Positions 1 to 14,199 are shown, numbered from the stretch's first letter. The stretch is 64,000 bases of DNA from Octopus vulgaris (GCA_951406725.2 OX597814.1:123566001-123630000), one strand, 5' to 3'. Notes: generated by a model from the letters alone, not told the origin. Translations and numbers: made by a program.

Positions 1-597
1 CACACACATACACACACACACACACACATGTAAGAGACTTCTTTCAGCTTTCGTCTACTAAATCCACTCACAAGTCTGTAATTGGCTGAGGCTAATAGTA
101 GAAGACACTTACCCAAGATGCTATGCAGTGAGATTGAACCAAGAACCATGTGGTTGTGATGCAAACTTCTTAACCACACAGCTAATAATCAAAATATGGG
201 TGTTCTATTCATGACTATCCCATGTTTTCATCCAAAATTACATTTAGGGCCATGTTATCCTATCTTTCTTAAGACTGTAGGTTATAGAGGGAGATTCAAC
301 TTCTATTTCTGGCAGGTTGAACAGATGTGTAGCAGTTGGAACATAGGCCTAGAACACACTTATAGTGAATCATCATTGTGTTAATGTCCACTTGTCCATG
401 CTTGTACTGGTCTGACAGAATTTTTTGAGGCAGACTTTCTACCGCCAGATACCCTTCCTGCTGCCAACCAAGGTAATACACCCATATGGCCACACAGGTT
501 TTCACAAAATATTGGAAAGGAATAATATTTATTTACAACAATCATACAACATCAAGTCAAGGAGACACAGACATGTGCATGTGTGTATATAATATAT

Positions 598-1270
598 ATC
601 ATCATCATCATCATTGTTTAATGTCCGCTTTCCCTGCTGGCATGGGTTGAACGGTTTGACTGAGGACTGGTGAGCCAGATGGCTGCACTAGGCTCCAATC
701 TGATCTGGCAGACTTTCTACAGCTGGATGCCCTTCCTAACACCAACCACTCTGAGAGTTTAGTGGGTGCTTTTACGTGCCACCGGCATGAGGGCCAGTCA
801 GGCAGTACTGGCAACAGCCATGCTCAAAGTGTTTTTTATGTGGCACCTGCACAGGAGCCAGTCCAGCAGCACTGGCAACGACCTCACTCGAATGTTTTTC
901 CTGTGCCACCGGCACAATTGCCAGTAAGGCGATGCTGGTAACGATCACACTCAAATGGTGCTTTTTATGTGCCACCAACACAGAGCCAGTCAGTGGGCCT
1001 GGCAATGATCATGCTCGGATGGTGCTCTTAGCACTCCACTAGCACAGATGCCAGTCATGCGGTGCTGTCATCGAATTTGATGTCGATTTCACTTGCCTCA
1101 ACAGGTCTTTGCAAGCAGGGTTTAGTGTCCAATGAAGGAAAGGTACACATAAGTGGGCTGGTTATAGCACTGGCATAGGCCATGGGTTGTGGTCTCACTT
1201 GGTTTGCCGGGTCTTCTCAAGCACAGCATATTTCCAAAGGTCTCGGTCACTAGTCATTGCCTGAGTGAGG
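598..1270 (-). mobile_element. 5'-truncated RTE 3' end (other copies at about 5880-6260 -, 12662-13040 -, 34850-35530 +, 44028-44369 +, 46330-46665 -, 47615-48010 +)
   Basis: Shares the ccaacccatgc.agcatggaaagcggacgttaaa(gat)n terminus and internal gtgccaccggca repeats with the full LINE 3' UTR. Confidence 0.85.
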
Positions 1271-1362
1271 CAAAGGGTGCATAAGATATTTTAGGACATA
1301 CCATTTTTGGGTCATTGCTGCATTTTTTGTGAACTCTGATAATCTTTGTTTCCAAAAATAAT

Positions 1363-1690
1363 AATGGCAGACCCTCAGCTTATTCAAGAAAGGAAGAGGC
1401 ATGCTGTTATTGTGGTTGTAAAGGCTGAGCATAGCAATTTAGAAATATCTCGATTTTTAAAAGTTGTCAGATCTTTCATCTACAAAGTTTGTAAGGAGCT
1501 ATGAGACTGAAGATGGAAGCGTATCACCAGTATCAAAGCATAAAAAGCATTCTAAATGCTCTGAAATCATCAGAACACCTGAATTTATCCAACAAATTTG
1601 ACAGACCATTGATTACAATCCCAGAAAGTAAGTCCATGAGATCAGTTGCAAAAGATCTTCATGTGTCAAAAGGAACAGTCTGGTGTGCTA
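1363..1690 (+). mobile_element. Decayed Tc1/mariner-family transposase N-terminal (HTH) fragment
   Basis: MADPQLIQERKRHAVIVVVKAEHSNLEISRFLKV...KSMRSVAKDLHVSKGTV gives two HTH-like segments, disrupted. Confidence 0.5.
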
Positions 1691-3082
1691 AGGATTTTGC
1701 CAACTTGCCTTTATACACACACACACACACAACATCACAACATTTCTGTCTACCAAATCTACTCATAAAGCTTTAATTGGTATGGGGCTATAGTAGAAGA
1801 CACTTGCCCAAGGTGCCAGACTGTGAGAGTGAACCCGAAAGCCATGTGGTTGGGAAGCAAATTTCTCAACCACACTCCCACAGATGCACTTATATGTTGA
1901 AAATGTTAATTATCCTGCATCTGTATGCTGAAAGTATTATCTTGAACATTGAAGCTATTAACTGACCTCAACCCAAATGATGTTAATTTGGTCTTAATCA
2001 GAAAACGAGAACATATTGAAAGAAATTGCTCACTGGATGGGACACAAAAACAGCCTCCCCTAAAGACCTATCAACGAACTCTAGATAGACAGTGCCAACA
2101 AGGATACCTGGTTTTAAGGAAAACTTCCCAATCAAGCAACCAGATAAACTGCAGTAATAGTTAAAAGTTATTTACTGTAGAATGAATAAAGTTCAGTTAA
2201 TAGAATACCCTCCAAAACATTGATTTAATTATATGTTATATTCTTCTGAAGCAGTATTGTAATGCAGATACATAGTGAAGGACAAATTAACTACAGTATT
2301 TGTCCAGTGATAATACCCCTTAACCCTTTCGTTACTGTATTTATTTAGAGATGCTCTGTATTTCTTTCAATTACTTTAAATATAACTGAGAATTTAGTAA
2401 AATAACTGAGTTATCATTCAGCTAGTGTCAGGAGCATAAATTGTGACTAAGGTTTGGTGGAAGATTTTAATTGAAAACTTATGAAAACAAGACCATTGTA
2501 CTCAGAGCCAGAACTGGTTTCAGCCAGGTTGGTAATGAAAGTTAAGGATGCGTTGTTTAAAAACACCAAAATATGTCAGTAGTAGATGAAAATCATTCAA
2601 GCAGACAGTTAAGAGCAACACCATTGATTTATTCAGTCACTGTTTTTCTATATGAGTAGTAATGAATTATGTCTTAGCATGTGGCTGGCAGTGGATACAT
2701 GCTGCTGACAAAGCCTAAGGTAGAAATACTTGTCTAACATTATCACTGTCCACACTGGACAAGTTTCATCTGCAACTGATATATTTTTGTTTTTAAACCA
2801 CAAGGGACATTACTCTGGATGAATACTGCATTTAATTTGCATTTTGTCTAGTGTTGCAAACATGGCTATTGTTATAATTAGTCAGAATGTCTCTAAAATA
2901 CACAGGCCATTGTGTTGTGCCTCTGGTACTTAACAGTATGTATCAATTCCGCTGATGGGATTTAAGAGGAAAGAAAAAGTTTAATGGTTTGGAGTAGGGA
3001 AGGCATCCAGTCCCAATACAAATGCATTAACAAGGCTTCTCATTCATACAAACATTAAAAAACACATGTGAAAGGAAAGGTG

Positions 3083-4135
3083 TTGCCAGTAAGGTGAGAG
3101 TTAGTCAAATGTAGTGATGAATTTAATGTACAGGTAGACATTCACCAGGCCTCAATTCTCAGTCCCCTCTTATTCATCACTGTCCTCCATGCCATAACAG
3201 AGGAATTTAAGATCAATTGTCCTTAGGACATGCTGATGATCTTACTCTCAGAGCAAAATCTGTAATACAATTAGAAAAGAAATTGCAGGTGTGGAAGCAA
3301 AACCTGGAATCTAAAGATCTTGAAATCCTTACTCTTAGCAAAGAGTAAGGTTCTAGTAAGAAAACAGACAGGACACTACCCACCTTAGATAAATGGCTTG
3401 CTTGATATATAGGAAAGGTGTAGTCTGTAATCGCATATACTGAACCTAGTGCAAGCTATGGATGCACAAGAGGTGCAGTTGAATTGCAGGAAGGTTAATG
3501 GAGAAAGTAGTTATTGTTTGTGGAAGATGCACAAGTGCCATAAAGTCTGTGGTCACATGAGAAATTAATTTTCTCAAATGTTCTGGAGGTACTAGATTGC
3601 TTTTGTTACCTACATGACCTAATTAGCAGTGGAGGATGTTCTGAAAGTGTAGTCACTAGAATAAGTGTGGGATAAAGTTCTGAGCTATAGTATCTGTAGG
3701 TAGCAAAAGGTCTCACTCCACAAGTGAAAGGCAGATTGTATGATGCTTGTGTCTGTACAGTGATGCTACATGGTAATGAGACACGGACCCTGAATACAGA
3801 AGACATGCAAAGACTAGAGAGGAATGGAAAAAAATATGTTCTACTGGATGTGCAATATTAAGTGTGCATGTATATCAAAGTGCAAATGTATTGAAAGATA
3901 AATTAAGTATAAGAGGAATCAAATGTAACATACAAGAGAAGATTGCATTTGATTGATTATGAGTATGGATGAGGATAGTTGCATAAAGATGTGCCAGTCA
4001 CTTGAAGTTGATGGAATTTGTAGAAGAGATAAACCCCAAAAGACAGGATGAAGTATTGAAGGCTGATCTCAAGATGTTGAGCCCTAAAGAGATGACAAAG
4101 GACTGGCGTCTTGCTGTGCTCAAGAAGCCCTGCCC
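3083..4135 (+). mobile_element. Older, decayed RTE LINE RT fragment
   Basis: Nucleotide similarity to the RT region of the 48.5-52.5 kb element (cagtcccctcttattcatc, gctgatgatctt, ggcagattgtatgatgcttgtg), with many stops and indels. Confidence 0.85.
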
Positions 4136-6331
4136 ATTACAACAAAAACGATACCCTATAACCACCTACTTATGCTTGTATGTGTGAGGCTGTGTCCCCA
4201 CTCCTCTCTCCCTGACATGTCAAACATTCCTTCTCCACCCACATCAATGGTACTACCCATACAATTGCCTCCTTCCTGTGCCTTCAGCCACTGCCCTTTT
4301 AGCCGTTACACACCATTCTACCCTGCTTCCTTTATCTGCTGTCATTCTAAATACCTTCTTTTATCTACCACCATAACCCACCCTTATATATCTATTTCTT
4401 TACTACCCACAAGGGGCTAAACAAGGACAAACGGATTAAGTCAATTATATCGACCCCAGTGCATAACTGGTACTTATTTAATCAACCCCAAAAGGATAAG
4501 AGGTAAAGTCGATCTCGGCGGAATTTGAATTCAGAACGTAGCCGCAGACGAAATACCTATTTCTTTATTACCCACAAGGGGCTAAACAAGGACAGACATA
4601 GGTATTAAGTTGATTACATCGACCCCAGTGTGAAACTGGTACTTAATTTATCGACCCCGAAAGGATGAACGGCAAAGTCGACCTTGGCAGAATTTGAACT
4701 CACAACGTAATGGCAGCCGAAATACTGCTAAGCATTTCACCCGTGCTAACGATTCTGCCAGTCCACTGCCCTTTTTCATCCCAGCCTCTCCCTCTCCACA
4801 GCTCTTACACCTTGTTCTACTACTTCCAGAATCACTCCAATATTTATCAACTCACCTGTTATCTGTATCCCACACCATTGTTTTTCAATCAGTTTATTCT
4901 CGCACCTATGCAAGTATTCACTCATCCCCTCTCATGCTCACCTTCATGTTCCTTGTAAGTTTGCTCTAGTACCCCATCACTACCTTATTACCTCCTCTAT
5001 GGGAAGACACCAGTTCTTATCCCTCAATCATACTTTAACCTTTCAACACCTCGCATACAGCCACTCATCTACACTTTTTCCTCCCAAATACATAAGAGTA
5101 GTCTTTTCCTTGTCTTGAAATTTACAAGACAGCCTCACTAGCATTAGGGGCACACACACACACACACACACAGAAAAGGCACCCAGTACAATCTGTAAAG
5201 TGGTTGAGGAAGGGCAACCAGCTGTAAAATCCATGCCAAAGATGACATTGGAACTCACTAGTTCCACCAAACCATCCTACCTATGCCAGCATTGAACAGA
5301 CATTAAATAATATCCATGCAATTTCAAAGTTCTTAAGAGATTGAGCAATAATGATCACTGAGTGAAAATTAATTGATTTTTCAGTTTTAATGCTTACAAG
5401 TTAGAAGAAAGAAAAACTTTGGAAACAACAGCATTGCAAATGGATGCAGCTGCAGAGTCTGATGTGACACACAAACAAGTTCAGAAAGGCAGCAATTAAT
5501 GTAATAGTGGTGGTAGAAGTGCACTGGTGCAAGTTAATCAGGCTAGGAATCATTTACTTTTAATATTGCTCATGTAGTGTTTTGTTTCATAAGCATCAGC
5601 AACAATTTAAGGCAGCTGAAGTATCTTCAAACATGGTACTTGTTCAGACATCAAGTATTGGAAGGAAGCATGGCTTTACCTATGGTAATGAATAAAAAAA
5701 ACATGAGATGTGTTCTTTGTTCACCATCATTCAATATATTTTTCATGCTGGCATGGTTTCTACAGTTGAATGTCCTTCCTAATGCCAAACATTTTACAGT
5801 ATAGTGGGTACATTTTTGTGGCACCAGCACAGATGAGGTTACCCATTTTGTGTATGTGTGCATATATTCAATTTACATATCATCATCGTTTAACGTCCGC
5901 TTTCCATGCTAGCATGGGTTAGATGATTTTGACTGAGGGCTGGCGAACCAGATGGCTGCACCAGGCTCCAATCTTGATTTGGCAGAGTTTCTACAGCTGG
6001 ATGCCCTTCCTAACGCCAACCAGTCTGAGTGTAGTGGGTGCTTTTTACGTGCCACCGGTACGGGGGGACAGTCAGGCAGTACTGGCAACGACCTCGCTTG
6101 AATCTTTTTACACATGCCACCAGCACAGGTGCTTGTAAGGCGATGTTGGTAACAATCACGCTCGAATGGTGCCCTTTTATGTGCCACTGGACGGAAGCTA
6201 GTTGGCTGCTCTGGCAATGATCATGCTCGGATGGTGCTCTTGGCACCCTACTAGCATAGGCATAATACATGCATAATAAACATTGTGCAACATAAAAAAA
6301 AACTCAGAAACAATATAACATTGTAAGACAT

Positions 6332-6337
6332 TTTATT
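6332..6337 (-). terminator. Candidate SQSTM1 polyadenylation signal (AATAAA); proximal alternative at 7317-7322
   Basis: AATAAA on the - strand about 1.07 kb after the stop, followed by T/GT-rich sequence. Confidence 0.45.
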
Positions 6338-7407
6338 GAATAAATACAGAAATTACAGTGAAATGATCTCATCATTACAGACTACCACAATACAATAGAT
6401 TATAAACAGATACTTGTCTGTGTTAAAACTTTTTAAGAGGATTATATATATTTACTGAATATAAGCAAAACCGAGAAAAAAAAAAAAAAATCAAAGTTCT
6501 TATGAACTAATTTAATTTAGAAAAAGAGTAGAAAACTCATCCACACACACATAAATTTTGAGAAATTCAGAAGTCCCTTTAGCATTTAAATGGCAAATAG
6601 CGATTTTTTTGTTACAATTTTGTTGTCTGTGTGTGTGTATATATATGTATATATACATATGTGTGTAAAGAAAACAGCCATTATCAATAGAAGACAATAT
6701 TCATTGATTCAGAACTGATTCAACATGACAATTTTGTTCACTGATCTGCATATACTTAGAGCAACTGCCCAAGGCAGTTCAGACAGATAGCAGAATAAAT
6801 GACAGCTATCCTGAAATCTCAACTATGGTAGTAAACAGAGTGAACTGGTGTTTGGTAGTAGGTGTTAAATGAATGCAGTGGGTAGTCAGGCGGAGACTAT
6901 AGAGAGTAGGTGGAATTTGAAGTATATAGAAATGAGGCAACAAGACCTAAATTAAGAAGCTCAAGAGACTTCAGTGTCAGTTGATTTAATGCTGCAGAGA
7001 CTCTTCAATCACTTTGTGAGTGTGTGTCCCCTTTATATATCATTTAATGTCTGTTTTCCATGCTGGCATGGGTTGGACAGTTAAATATATGTAGTGACAA
7101 GACTGATGTGAACTAATAACTACTTAACAGTCAGGTTCTGTTGATGGTATAGAAACAAGAATTAAAAACTATACAAACTACAATACATAAAAATTCATAG
7201 AGTGAATAAAATTAGTAAATTTAAATAAGTAAGATTATAATATACTGTTGAGACTATCTGAAATAATATCTGTCCATGAAAAACTTAAGAAAAAAAAAAG
7301 AAACAATTGCAAATTATTTATTTAGTAATTGATATACTTCCATATACATGACAAAAGAATTAAATGAATAATAACTAATAGAAGTGTGAGGTGCAATAGG
7401 ATGAAGC

Positions 7408-7553
7408 TTAGTTTTTCTTCATGCTGTTTTGGATTGTATCTAATACTGCGCTGATATCTCCCTTTTTAGCTTCCAAAAGAACTGTCAGCCAGCCTCCTTC
7501 ATTTGAGTATCCCATACTCATCATCTGGTCAAGTGAATCAGCAATTTTTGGAT
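7408..7553 (-). CDS. SQSTM1: SQSTM1 exon 7 (UBA domain, stop)
   Basis: [48 protein letters not shown], the p62 UBA signature MG(F/Y)S.EGGWL. Joined CDS is 1446 nt. Confidence 0.96.
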
Positions 7554-8660
7554 CTGAAAGAGGTAAACATTTAATATATAAGATGCAACATTTTTTGGTG
7601 TGTGTGTGTGCAGCTGAGTAAGTTATACTGTTTACTGTGGTCAAACAATGAAATTGTCTAAGAAATCCTAGATCACCATAATGCCAATCATACAATATCA
7701 AATACAACAGCACCAGAATATTTAAAAAGAGCTTCATCTCAATTATCAGATGGACTACAAAATGTTACAATTATCCATTTTCAGCTACCTAATAACTATT
7801 TCTTTACTACCCACAAGGGGCTAAACACAGAGGGGACAAGCAAGGACAGAAAACGGATTAAGTCGATTACATCGACCCCAGTGCGTAACTGGTACTTATT
7901 TAATCGACCCCAAAAGGATGAAAGGCAAAGTCGACCTCGGCGGAATTTGAACTCAGAACGTAGCGGCAGACGCAATACCGCTAAGCATTTCGCCCGGTGT
8001 GCTAACGTTTCTACCAGCTCGCCACTGGCATTACCACAAACCTGCATTCAGATTACTCTGTCAAGTGTAATGTTAATTTATACTCATTGTTTTTAATTAA
8101 TCATGCATTATCTTGTAGCTTCAAGATTTCAGAGATGTGACTGTTTATTTTTAGTATGACATTGTAGGATAAGCGTGAGAGGCCAGATCAGGCCAGTTTA
8201 GATGTTAAAGGGTCAAATACCCACAAATTTATCATTATTATTAGAAGTGCATCACAGAAAACCAAGTATTTTGATTAATCCATACTAAAATTCCAACCAA
8301 TATATAAATTCCTTTAGTAGCCATCATTTGGTTTTTGTCTTGTGCAAACAAACTGCATTTAATATACAAACTTTATTCTGCCAGAATGAACTAAGGTGTA
8401 AATTATAATTAATCTAATAAATATTTGATACAAATAGAAAATTAGTTCAAGTACAACATGTAGCCTACAGCTTATCAAAATCAACACAGAAAGTAAATAA
8501 ATTGTGATGCTGTTGATATCTGCTGTAAATGTGACATCAAAAACAAGTGGAAAGACATTTCAGAAGTAAATTAAAAGATCTAATTCAAGTTTACAGATGT
8601 CAATAAAAAAAAAAAAAGTCATAAAACAAAAACTAGTTTTATTGTAGCTTTAATCCTTAC

Positions 8661-8784
8661 CTGATGGATAATATAAAGAATTATCTTGTTTGATGTTTTC
8701 ACTGACCATCTCATAAGGTGCAGATTTGCGGCTTTCGGGAGATAGATCATTCTTAGGTGAAAGAACGGTCCAACCATCAGCACA
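8661..8784 (-). CDS. SQSTM1: SQSTM1 exon 6 (LIR motif)
   Basis: CADGWTVLSPKNDLSPESRKSAPYEMVSENIKQDNSLYYPS; DGWTVL is a W-x-x-L LIR (human DDWTHL). Phase 0->1, |gtaagg donor. Confidence 0.9.
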
Positions 8785-9443
8785 CTAAAAACAAAAAAGA
8801 CAAGCAATCAGTACAATTTTATCATCATCATTTCATGTCTACCACACATACACACACACAGCTGTATTTTGAAAAGCAAGTTTAGAAGGATGAGTTGGTA
8901 CTGACAATTGTTAGAAGTTTACAAAGAGATTAAAGCACTCAAAAAATTTGGTCTGTCATGTTAACCAGCTTAACAGTTAATATATTATTATTCTAATATT
9001 TTATGTCCATTTCTCCATGCTGGCATTGTCTGAATGGGTTGTCACAATCTGCATCATCTTTCATCCACAGCAACACAAAATCTACCAACATTTATGAATA
9101 TATCTACATTGCAGACCAGCTGCATTTAGCTTGCAACCAGTACTAGAGAGGTTCTCTATCCTACACCAGTTATCTGGGTCTACTACCCTCCTAGACAGGC
9201 AGCTTGTACAGCAGTTTTAAATTTTAATTCCTGATTATGTCTATGTGCAAAAGCAGAAAAATCAGCACTATTAAAACACAAGAGATTCATTTTTTTTTTT
9301 TAATAGGAAATGATAAAAATAAATAAGGTCTCAGAAGAAAAATAAAAGTTATGGAAACAGTTGTAGCAGACTAAACTACTCTCTTCCTTGGCTTGCATGG
9401 ATAAGCAAAAAAAATAAAATAAAGAAAACTTAAAAAAACCTAC

Positions 9444-9934
9444 CAAAGTTTCACCAGCAGCAGGAGGGGCTTTTGTAGTTTCCTCATTTACAAAGTCAGC
9501 TGTGGAGCTAAAATCCCCACAAGTACTTTCTGGTTTCTCAACAGGCTTTTCGGGGGTAGTTTCCTCTTTCTTCTCGGCACCAGCTGCAGCAGCAGCAGAA
9601 GCTGCAGCTGCGGTAGCAGCAGCAGTGGCAACTGCATGGGCAATCTTATGAGCTTTTTCAGCAATATCAGATGGTGACATATTAGGATCAGCAGCTGCAT
9701 CATGATGAACATTGGTGAAGACATGTGGGCCACTAGTAAACACGTGTGGGCCACTGGTAAACACATGTGGTTTGTGTGGGCCATGAGGACCCATAGGAGG
9801 AACTCCAAATGGTCCAAAGAAACCAAATGGAGGTGGGGGTGGTGGGGGTGGATGTGGTCCATTTGCACCTGGGCGGCCACTGAAAACTTTATGGAATTGA
9901 CCCTCTTTTTCCAGTTTCATATCCAACTCAATAC
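9444..9934 (-). CDS. SQSTM1: SQSTM1 exon 5 (low-complexity Pro/His/Ala region)
   Basis: ttttag| then GIELDMKLEK...PPAAGETL; |gtaggt donor; phase 1->0; lies within ORF 9300..9926. Confidence 0.88.
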
Positions 9935-10287
9935 CTAAAATGAATGATAAACATTAAATGAAAAGTCTAAAAATTTTTTTAAATAAAAAATTAAAATAAT
10001 AAAAAAAAATTAGTGGGTAACAGAACTAATGAAATGGTTTCATATTTGACAATTAGACACATTGCATGAATGAAACTTAATTTGGTTTAAGACTGAAAAA
10101 GTTGTAAACGAGATTACTTAAAATGCTGAGAAAATTTCCATTTAAGACAAAATATAAAAATAACAGCAGTGGTTATCTTAAATTGGCTGATTTTTTTTTT
10201 TTAGTACAAGAAGCCTTTAAAATAAAGATTAACTTTTTGGTAATTAGACTGGCTAGTAAACTAATATAGTTTCATGAAATCTCTTAC

Positions 10288-10501
10288 CAAATGGGTTCAG
10301 CACAGAGGATAAGTGCTCTCCAAGATTTTGGAACATGTTTTGAGCATATCCTGGAGGTTTTTTAGCTTCGTCTTTGTCTTTTTTCTCATCTGGTGTCTTG
10401 TTGGTAGTAGAAGAGGATGAAGTTGTTGAGCTGAAAGAACAACCTCCGGGGCCAGCAAAAGTGAAGCTATAATCACCACCATCTTTTGGGCAATATGGAG
10501 G
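10288..10501 (-). CDS. SQSTM1: SQSTM1 exon 4
   Basis: PPYCPKDGG...MFQNLGEHLSSVLNPF(G), resembling the p62 'L.N.GE.VA..L.PLGI' segment. Canonical AG/GT; phase 0->1. The true frame differs from the ORF track. Confidence 0.88.
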
Positions 10502-11928
10502 CTGTACAATAGAAATATTCCATTAGTTAAAAAACAAATTCAATTGAGTTTTTGCATTTTAGTAATGGGTTTTTTAATGGAGTATTTGTGTAAATACAAA
10601 GTTTTCAATTTTCATTCACTATACTTCGTATATAAGGGCAAACACTAACAAATACATTTTAAATTGCTTAAAATTAAATAATATTCTTTTCTATTCTAGG
10701 CACAAGGCCCGAAATTTATAGGGAGGGGGCCCAGTTGATTTGATCGACCCCAGTGTGCAACTGGTTCTTAATTTATTGACCTCGAAAGGATGAAAGGCAA
10801 AGTCGATCTCAGCAGAATTTGAACTCTGAACATAAAGACAGATGAAATACCGCTAAGCATGTTGCCCAGTGTGCTAACATTTCTGCCAGCGTGCCGCCTT
10901 AAAATTTAAAAACATTCATCTAAAACTAATTCTGATACCTGATATTAAAATACAACTAGCTGCTAGTTAGGACACAGTATCTCATTTTGTAACCATAAGA
11001 TACTTGATAGTATATTAAAGGCTTACAACTCAATATTGTGCCTTACTTTAGTGTTAGCAGTTTAATGCGATTGAAAATAAAACAGGTAATGGGTTTAAGT
11101 GCATATTTCAAGAGTTATTGCTTTCCATCAACATCACATGCAACCCATCAACATTAGTTGATGGAAGTGCAACTGGCTCCTGTCAACTCTCCTACCCATG
11201 CATGCATGGAAGATTGACATTAAACAATGATGATATATATATAATACGTGTGTATGCTTGTGCCACTTTATATGTGATAGCTGTGAATGTCACTGTCATA
11301 CAAGCAGTGTCGTTTATTTCCAACATCCAGCATAGACATGTCTGGCCATGGGAAAATATTACCTAATTTAAAAACTGGCAAGAGGTAACAACAGGAAGGG
11401 CCCTAGAAATTCAACCTTGTAATCATTGAGAGCATGAAAAAAATGGATGTTAAAATGATAACAACGAGTGTTTGGGGGATTCTTATATTTTACATCCCTT
11501 GCTCAAGTCATCAGACTGCAACCATGCTGGGGCATGAGGCCAGTACCTTTTTTTTTAAAGCCTGGTACTTATTCTGTTGGTCTCTTGTTGCAAGCATACT
11601 GACACCAATTGTCAAGTGGTGGTGGGAAACAAACATAAGGCACAAAAACACACACACATATACATGATGGGCTTCTTTCAGATTCTGCCTACCAAACCCA
11701 CACACAAGGCTACAAGGCTTTGGTTGGCCCAAGGCTATAGCTGTCCTAAGTACCATGCAGTGGGACTGAATCTGGAACCAAGAGGTTGGGAAGCAAACTG
11801 CTTACCACACAACCATGCCTGCATCTATATTAATCGATATAGTTTTTCAAAGAGTTCTTTGTTAAGCAGTTTCTTGAAAAGAATTATAAATGTTAAGATT
11901 AATATAAAAACCTGAAATCAACACTTAC

Positions 11929-12134
11929 AGGAACCATTCCTGGAATAGGAATCTTCATCATAGGATGTTCTGGATGACAGTCCTTTTTCTCACACTCTTG
12001 GCAGAGATCATAGTCAGGACAAGCAAGACATTTGAAACGAGGACCACTTATTTGTTTATCACAACCATCACAGATCACATGAGGATGCACTGTTTCATCA
12101 GCTCCAGTATCAGGCATTGGCTTAGAATCATTTA
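11929..12134 (-). CDS. SQSTM1: SQSTM1 exon 3 (ZZ zinc finger)
   Basis: HPHVICDGCDKQISGPRFKCLACPDYDLCQECEKKDCHPEH is a p62-type ZZ finger. tttacag| acceptor, |gtaagt donor; phase 1->0. Confidence 0.95.
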
Positions 12135-14103
12135 CTGTAAACAGAGAAATATTAATACAGAGATAATACAGGATATGTTTCATCACAAGCTACAAATATA
12201 GAGTAAATAAGGGAGCCAATCCATTTCAACATTTATTTATTCTCTTTAACCCACTACAATTTGAACCAATTAAGATTGGAGCAATTAGTTAATCTAGTTA
12301 TATTTAGCTTGCAGTTTACTTTTAATTACTCTTACACAGGGTTTATTCTTATCATATCTAACTTCATAATAAATTCCTCCAAGTACTACTACATCTCAGT
12401 TTCAAGATATCAGAACTGTTAAATCTAAAGCAACACCTACCACTGTGAGTAATCAGAAGCTATTAGTTAATTCAGTGTTATTCTACACAACCATCCATTG
12501 AAATTGGTTATTTTCGTCACAAACCAATGCACTGTAAAGGCTACCAGCCTTTCTTAGTCAATGATAGAATCTAGAATCCAAAAACTTGTATAATGCACCA
12601 ATACTTTGACTGGCTTTGGTTAGTGGACTACAGCCATGCTGGCATACTACTGTCAAGGTGTTCATCATCATTATCATCGTTTAACGTCCGTTTTCCATGC
12701 TAGCATGGGTTGGACGGTTCAACTGGAGTCTGGGAAGCCAGGAGGCTGCGCCAGGCCCAGTCTGATCTGGCAGTGTTTCTACAGCTGGATGCCCTTCCTA
12801 ACGCCAACCACTCCGAGAGTGTAGTGGGCGCTTTTTATGTGCCAGACGAGGCTGGCAACAGCCACAATCGGATGGTGCTTTTTCGTGCCACCGGCAACGT
12901 TCGGACTGTTCTCTTATGTGCCTTCGGCACTGGTATCTCGGCTACAATTTCCATTGATGTTGAAAGATTTCGATTTCAATTTTGATTTTGATTTTCACTT
13001 GCCTCAACAGGTCTTCACAAGTAGGGTTTGTGTCACAAGAAGGGACGGTCAGTTATAATCTATTGCCAAAGCACACAATGGTGCCTGGTGCAGTTCTTTG
13101 GCTTGCCAGCTACTGTCAAGCTGTCCAACTCATGCTAACATGCAAGATAGATGTTAAATGATAAGGATTCTCAAATGGTTAAACTTGGCACAAAAGGATA
13201 TAATTCACACAAAAACCCAGAAAAAATTTCTACATAAATTCATAGTCAATCCCTTGCAATTCATACGAACATGATTGGATTATGTACAGGCTGCCTGCCA
13301 AATTTCATCAAAAGCACTAGCTGACCTGAGCCCAAACAATCACACAAAAGTATTTAACTTAAAACATAGATGCAAAGCAAAATTCTTAACTAAAAAATTA
13401 TACACATTGTAGCAAGCCTGTATCTGTTTATCAAAAATCATTTCTCTTCAACTTAAAATAATATTTTTCAAATGTTTATTAGCAGTAAAATGCCAGTTAC
13501 TGAAATACAGATTATTCTCTACTCTAGGCACAAGGCCCAGAATTTTTTGGGAGGGAGCCAGTCAATTAGATCAACTCCAGTATACAACTGGTACTTTATT
13601 GACCCTGAAAGGACGAAAGGCAAAGTTGACCTCATGAGAGTTTGAGCTCAGAACATAAAGACAATCGAAATACTGCTAAGCATTTCGCCCGGCATGCTAA
13701 CGTTTCTGCCAGCTCGTCACCTTCGTTACTGAAATATGTATTTCTTTACTGCCCACCAGGGGCTAAACAGAGGGGGCAAACAAAGACAGACAAAGGAATT
13801 AAGTTGATTACATCGACCTCAGTGTGTAAACTGATACTTATTTAATCAACCCTGAAAGAATGAAAGGCAAAGTCAACCTCGGCGGAATTTGAACTCAGGA
13901 CATGCTAACGTTTCTGCCAGCTCGCCAATTTAGTTACTGAAATACATATTGCCACAGAACTATCATAGGAAAGAAAGGTAATGCTGATAAAACTTTTGAC
14001 TATTACACAAGCAATATTACAATACTGTAAAAATGTCCATTTTCAACCCTGATATGGAACTTGTGTATTGATATTTCAAAGATGTGAAATTTATATAACT
14101 TAC

Positions 14104-14199
14104 CTTTGATTATGATTTTAAAAATTGAACTATCAAGAGAAGTTATTGCTTCATTCAATTCATTGTCACTTGTGAATCTTATCAGATCATTATCAGAGT
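14104..14199 (-). CDS. SQSTM1: SQSTM1 exon 2 (PB1 acidic OPCA motif)
   Basis: ttttctgcag| acceptor; DSDNDLIRFTSDNELNEAITSLDSSIFKIIIK; |gtaagt donor; phase 1->1. Confidence 0.92.

Noticed and set aside
10297-10509. ORF-track peptides at 10297-10509 and 8619-8807
   Set aside because: Wrong frames; splice-phase analysis puts the p62 exons in other frames.
11911-11928. Alternative donor CAG|GTTTTT 17 nt beyond SQSTM1 exon 3
   Set aside because: Weak site that would frameshift exon 4.
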